The position numbers and the translations under genes are program-made. This document shows, piece by piece, positions 61,384 to 64,000 of a DNA stretch of 64,000 bases. The stretch lies in the NCBI GenBank assembly GCA_009777955.1, contig WRKW01000001.1:21986-85985 (forward strand). Direction: 5' to 3'. Numbering within the stretch: position 1 is the stretch's first letter; each line of letters opens with the position of its first letter. The notes below the pieces were generated by a model. That model made no database searches, was not told the origin of the DNA, and saw nothing but the letters and a program-made list of their open reading frames with translations. This DNA is from Alphaproteobacteria bacterium. GTDB lineage: Bacteria > Pseudomonadota > Alphaproteobacteria > Rs-D84.

Positions 61384-64000
61384 TCATGTCAATTGTTTAT
61401 CGATCATTTGGATTTGTTTACTAACTTCTTCCTGCTCTTTAATAGATTGCTTTTGGCTAGTTTTCTTTTCTTTTTTCAACTTATTAATTTTAAGTTGTGA
61501 TGCCTTGGCAGCTTTGGCTTTTTCGGCCTTTTCTTTTTTGATTTCTGCTTCTAATTCGTCGTCTTTTTTCGTTCCTTTCTCTTTTACTATTTCCATCTTT
61601 TGTGTCAGCCTTCTTTTCGCTTCTTTGATAAGTTCCTCTTTATGCTTAGACACTTCTTTTTTAACAATGTTTTTCGATGCTTCGATGTTGTATCTGGCAC
61701 TGTCGTTATCCATTATCTGTTTAATAGTTAAGCTTTTAGCATGGTTGATTCCCGGTTGATGTTTTTTTAGTTCCGTAATTGTTTTTGGATCTGTTACCCG
61801 CATCCTTTGTTCAGCAAGTTGGTTGATCATTTCAGGGGTCGGATTTTGACCCAGCATCTCTAACAATTCGTTCAGAAGTTTTTCAACAGTCTGAAAATTC
61901 TTTACATTATTTAATACTTCCATTAAGTTTCCGGCTTGTTTTATCTGTTCCAGCGTAAGGCTTTGGATATTTACACCATCTATATCCAATGTCTTTTTTA
62001 ATTTATCCAGTGTTTCTCTTTCATTGTCCGAGAATTGTCCTATACCAAATAATTTCCTTAACTTTTCGGCGCGTTCAGATTCTTCTTTCGAAAGATTCGG
62101 GTCGTCTTTCATGGCAAGTATGTTTTTTAATGCTTCCGATATATTTGCGGCTTTTTTACGATCCCAGTCCCCATCTCTCAGTTGAATTTTTAATTCTTCA
62201 GCGTGTTTCAGGTCTTCTGATGTAAGAGATCCAGATATGCTTCCTTTATTCAGTATTCCTTTTAATTCTTTTTTTACCGTTTGTTCAAAATCATCTAAAT
62301 GATGCTCGCTTAATTCATTTCTTAATTTTTCGGCATCAATTTCAACACGTTGAAGTTGCTTCGGTGTAAGGCCGGATCTGTTCCCTTTTCTTAAAACTTC
62401 TTCCAATTCTTTCAGTTCTTTTAATTTTTTGTCCAGCTGTATTTGCTTAATGCGATTGTTTTCTTCGATAGATTCCCTTTTGGGATCATCCAGGATGGGT
62501 TTTTCATCTGGGTTATCTATATCTGGGGCATCAACCCTGTCATCTGGTGTTAATGGCTCATCTTCGGATATTTCACTTTGGCTATCTATATCGTCGGATT
62601 TATCGGTGCCCGGTTCTGGCATACCGTCTATATCTGGGGCATCAACCCTATCATCTGGTGTTAATGGCTCATCTTCGGATATTTCACTTTGGCTATCTAT
62701 ATCGTCGGATTTATCGGTGCCCGGTTCTGGCATGCCGTCTATATCTGGGGTATCAACCCTGTCATCTGAGATTATAATAGGGATAGATGAGTCCCCACTA
62801 TCATTTGAGATTACAATAGGAATAGGTAATGGAACAGGTGGTTCTTTATCATTATCGGTTTCAACGTTTACGTTTTTTCTCCATATCTCAGAAAATTTTT
62901 GGATTTTTGTTGTCTTATAAACTTTTTCTTTTTCCTCTTCTGAAAGTTGCGCAAAGGCAGTTTCATAAATTTTTCCGATTTCAGGATTCAGATCTTTACC
63001 CATATTCGCAAAATTTTCAATATAATCTTTATCATCAAAAGCATCCTCTCCTATAAGATGATCGAATAGCATTGGTTTGTTATTTACCATTGCGCATATG
63101 TCATCAATGTAATATCCGAATTTGTCGTTATATAAGATGATAATATCTTTCCAATCTTTCGAAAGTTCCGGTTCAGCAGTTTTTTCCACACTTTTTTCCC
63201 AAAAATATTCGGAATCAAAAAGTTTGTTCTTTTTTTCGATCTCTTTTTTCAAATTCTCGATAGCCTTTTTGTCACCGGCCATTGCATCATCAAACAATTC
63301 TTTTGCAGATTTATTTTTGCCGGGATTATCGAAAAATTTCTTTATCTCGGCGGCTTTATCTTTTAACTTGTTACCAATTTTTTTGGCTTCATTTATACCC
63401 CTATCAATTAAACCGTCGGGTTGTTTTTTTTCTGTTTGATCATGCTGAGAGTCCTCTTCGTTTGTTTTGTCGTCTATGTCTCCGGGGCCTATGCGATATT
63501 TGTTATTTTCTGGGTCTTTGGGCCATTTATTCACACTGGTCATTATCATGTTAAAAAATTGCTTAAATTCTTTTTTTTCAGATTTTTCAGATGCATCGTC
63601 TTCTGCACGCCAGCTTTTCAGAAAACGGTGAATTCTATTGTGGTTGCTGGTTATCTGTATCGCACCGTTAAATACTTCGTATCCATAGTCATCCCCAGAG
63701 AAATTTATATATATAGCATTGGGATAAATATGTATTTCTGATTTTTTATCTTTCAAGTCAGATTTTAATTGATTCATAAACTTTTGATAAGGAATATTTT
63801 CGTAATGTTTTTGAATCTTTCTATCGGTATCATCTTCTTGGCGAACTTTTTCCATAATTTTATAAAGATCAACATTGCCATCTTTTTGGGCTTCCAAAAC
63901 TTTTTGTATAAAATCCCTTGTTCGCCCGGGGGCAAAAGTCAATTTTTTTCCGGAAGTTTTGGCTTCTAAATGTGTGCATATTGATACGACTTCGTCAAAA
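61384..64000 (-). CDS. Very large Lys/Glu/Asp-rich repeat-containing protein (N-terminus probably outside the window)
   Basis: The track ORF is 852 aa from TTG 63942, but the frame stays open to base 64000 (..FDEVVSICTHLEAKTSGKK-LTFAPG..). There is no TM or signal peptide in the visible part. It has acidic 37-aa tandem repeats, recurring '(K/T)(P/L)EQ..(L/I)xxAExL' helical units and a poly-Lys/Glu C-terminus. Confidence 0.7.
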   Translation of the reverse strand, partial: FDEVVSICTHLEAKTSGKKLTFAPGRTRDFIQKVLEAQKDGNVDLYKIMEKVRQEDDTDRKIQKHYENIPYQKFMNQLKSDLKDKKSEIHIYPNAIYINFSGDDYGYEVFNGAIQITSNHNRIHRFLKSWRAEDDASEKSEKKEFKQFFNMIMTSVNKWPKDPENNKYRIGPGDIDDKTNEEDSQHDQTEKKQPDGLIDRGINEAKKIGNKLKDKAAEIKKFFDNPGKNKSAKELFDDAMAGDKKAIENLKKEIEKKNKLFDSEYFWEKSVEKTAEPELSKDWKDIIILYNDKFGYYIDDICAMVNNKPMLFDHLIGEDAFDDKDYIENFANMGKDLNPEIGKIYETAFAQLSEEEKEKVYKTTKIQKFSEIWRKNVNVETDNDKEPPVPLPIPIVISNDSGDSSIPIIISDDRVDTPDIDGMPEPGTDKSDDIDSQSEISEDEPLTPDDRVDAPDIDGMPEPGTDKSDDIDSQSEISEDEPLTPDDRVDAPDIDNPDEKPILDDPKRESIEENNRIKQIQLDKKLKELKELEEVLRKGNRSGLTPKQLQRVEIDAEKLRNELSEHHLDDFEQTVKKELKGILNKGSISGSLTSEDLKHAEELKIQLRDGDWDRKKAANISEALKNILAMKDDPNLSKEESERAEKLRKLFGIGQFSDNERETLDKLKKTLDIDGVNIQSLTLEQIKQAGNLMEVLNNVKNFQTVEKLLNELLEMLGQNPTPEMINQLAEQRMRVTDPKTITELKKHQPGINHAKSLTIKQIMDNDSARYNIEASKNIVKKEVSKHKEELIKEAKRRLTQKMEIVKEKGTKKDDELEAEIKKEKAEKAKAAKASQLKINKLKKEKKTSQKQSIKEQEEVSKQIQMIDKQLT
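62516..62768. repeat. 111-bp tandem repeat (2.3 copies) inside the giant gene
   Basis: Units start at 62516, 62627 and 62738 (TCTATATCTGGGGCATCAACCCT..), differ by a few substitutions and encode DRVD(T/A)PDIDGMPEPGTDKSDDIDSQSEISEDEPLTPD on the minus strand. Confidence 0.9.

Overview
This 64-kb window looks like a Gram-negative, alphaproteobacterium-like chromosome. The L7/L12 sequence, the tRNA-Trp-secE-nusG-rplKAJL-rpoBC block and the alphaproteobacterial-type MraZ all point that way. Taxonomy cannot be confirmed without a database search.

Most of the window is housekeeping:
- Information processing and ribosome: mreB, xseB, mutS, truB, rpsO, the rpoBC block, frr, recR, rsmA, dnaX.
- Envelope and lipid synthesis: ispA, uppS, cdsA, rseP, yidC, tig, a PBP5-like carboxypeptidase, lspA, fabZ, lpxD, a Skp-like gene.
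- Other: purM, a Kef-type antiporter, and four tRNAs (Trp-CCA, Arg-CCT, His-GTG, Ala-GGC).
- No rRNA, CRISPR array, transposase or integrase was seen.

Three things stand out:
1. At the right end, a minus-strand operon encodes VirB8-, VirB9- and VirB10-like proteins. No T4SS ATPase, VirB6 or VirB2-type pilin gene occurs anywhere in the window. Each subunit carries unusual additions: VirB9 has a Met/Gln-rich linker and a SPOR-like domain, and VirB10 has an extra N-terminal module and a Cys/Pro-rich tail of about 210 aa. The operon is flanked upstream by a >870-aa Lys/Glu/Asp-rich repeat protein. Downstream, after dnaX, sits a type-IV-pilin-like gene tightly coupled to an OmpA-domain lipoprotein gene.
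2. A family of large, signal-peptide-bearing, Cys-rich proteins with low-complexity linkers sits at 6.5-9.4 kb and 40.7-42.8 kb. A further Cys-containing gene is wedged between the Skp-like gene and lpxD. The two large genes are bracketed by repeat modules.
3. The intergenic space holds several mosaic hairpin repeat families. One copy is inserted in-frame inside rsmA, in the manner of a Rickettsia palindromic element, and a degenerate copy lies in the rpoB-rpoC spacer.

Conserved envelope synteny (frr-uppS-cdsA-rseP-bamA-skp-lpxD-fabZ-lpxA) is broken, mraZ is orphaned, and a second divergent MraZ-like gene follows yidC. All functional calls come from reading the translations and recognising motifs. 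No searches were run.
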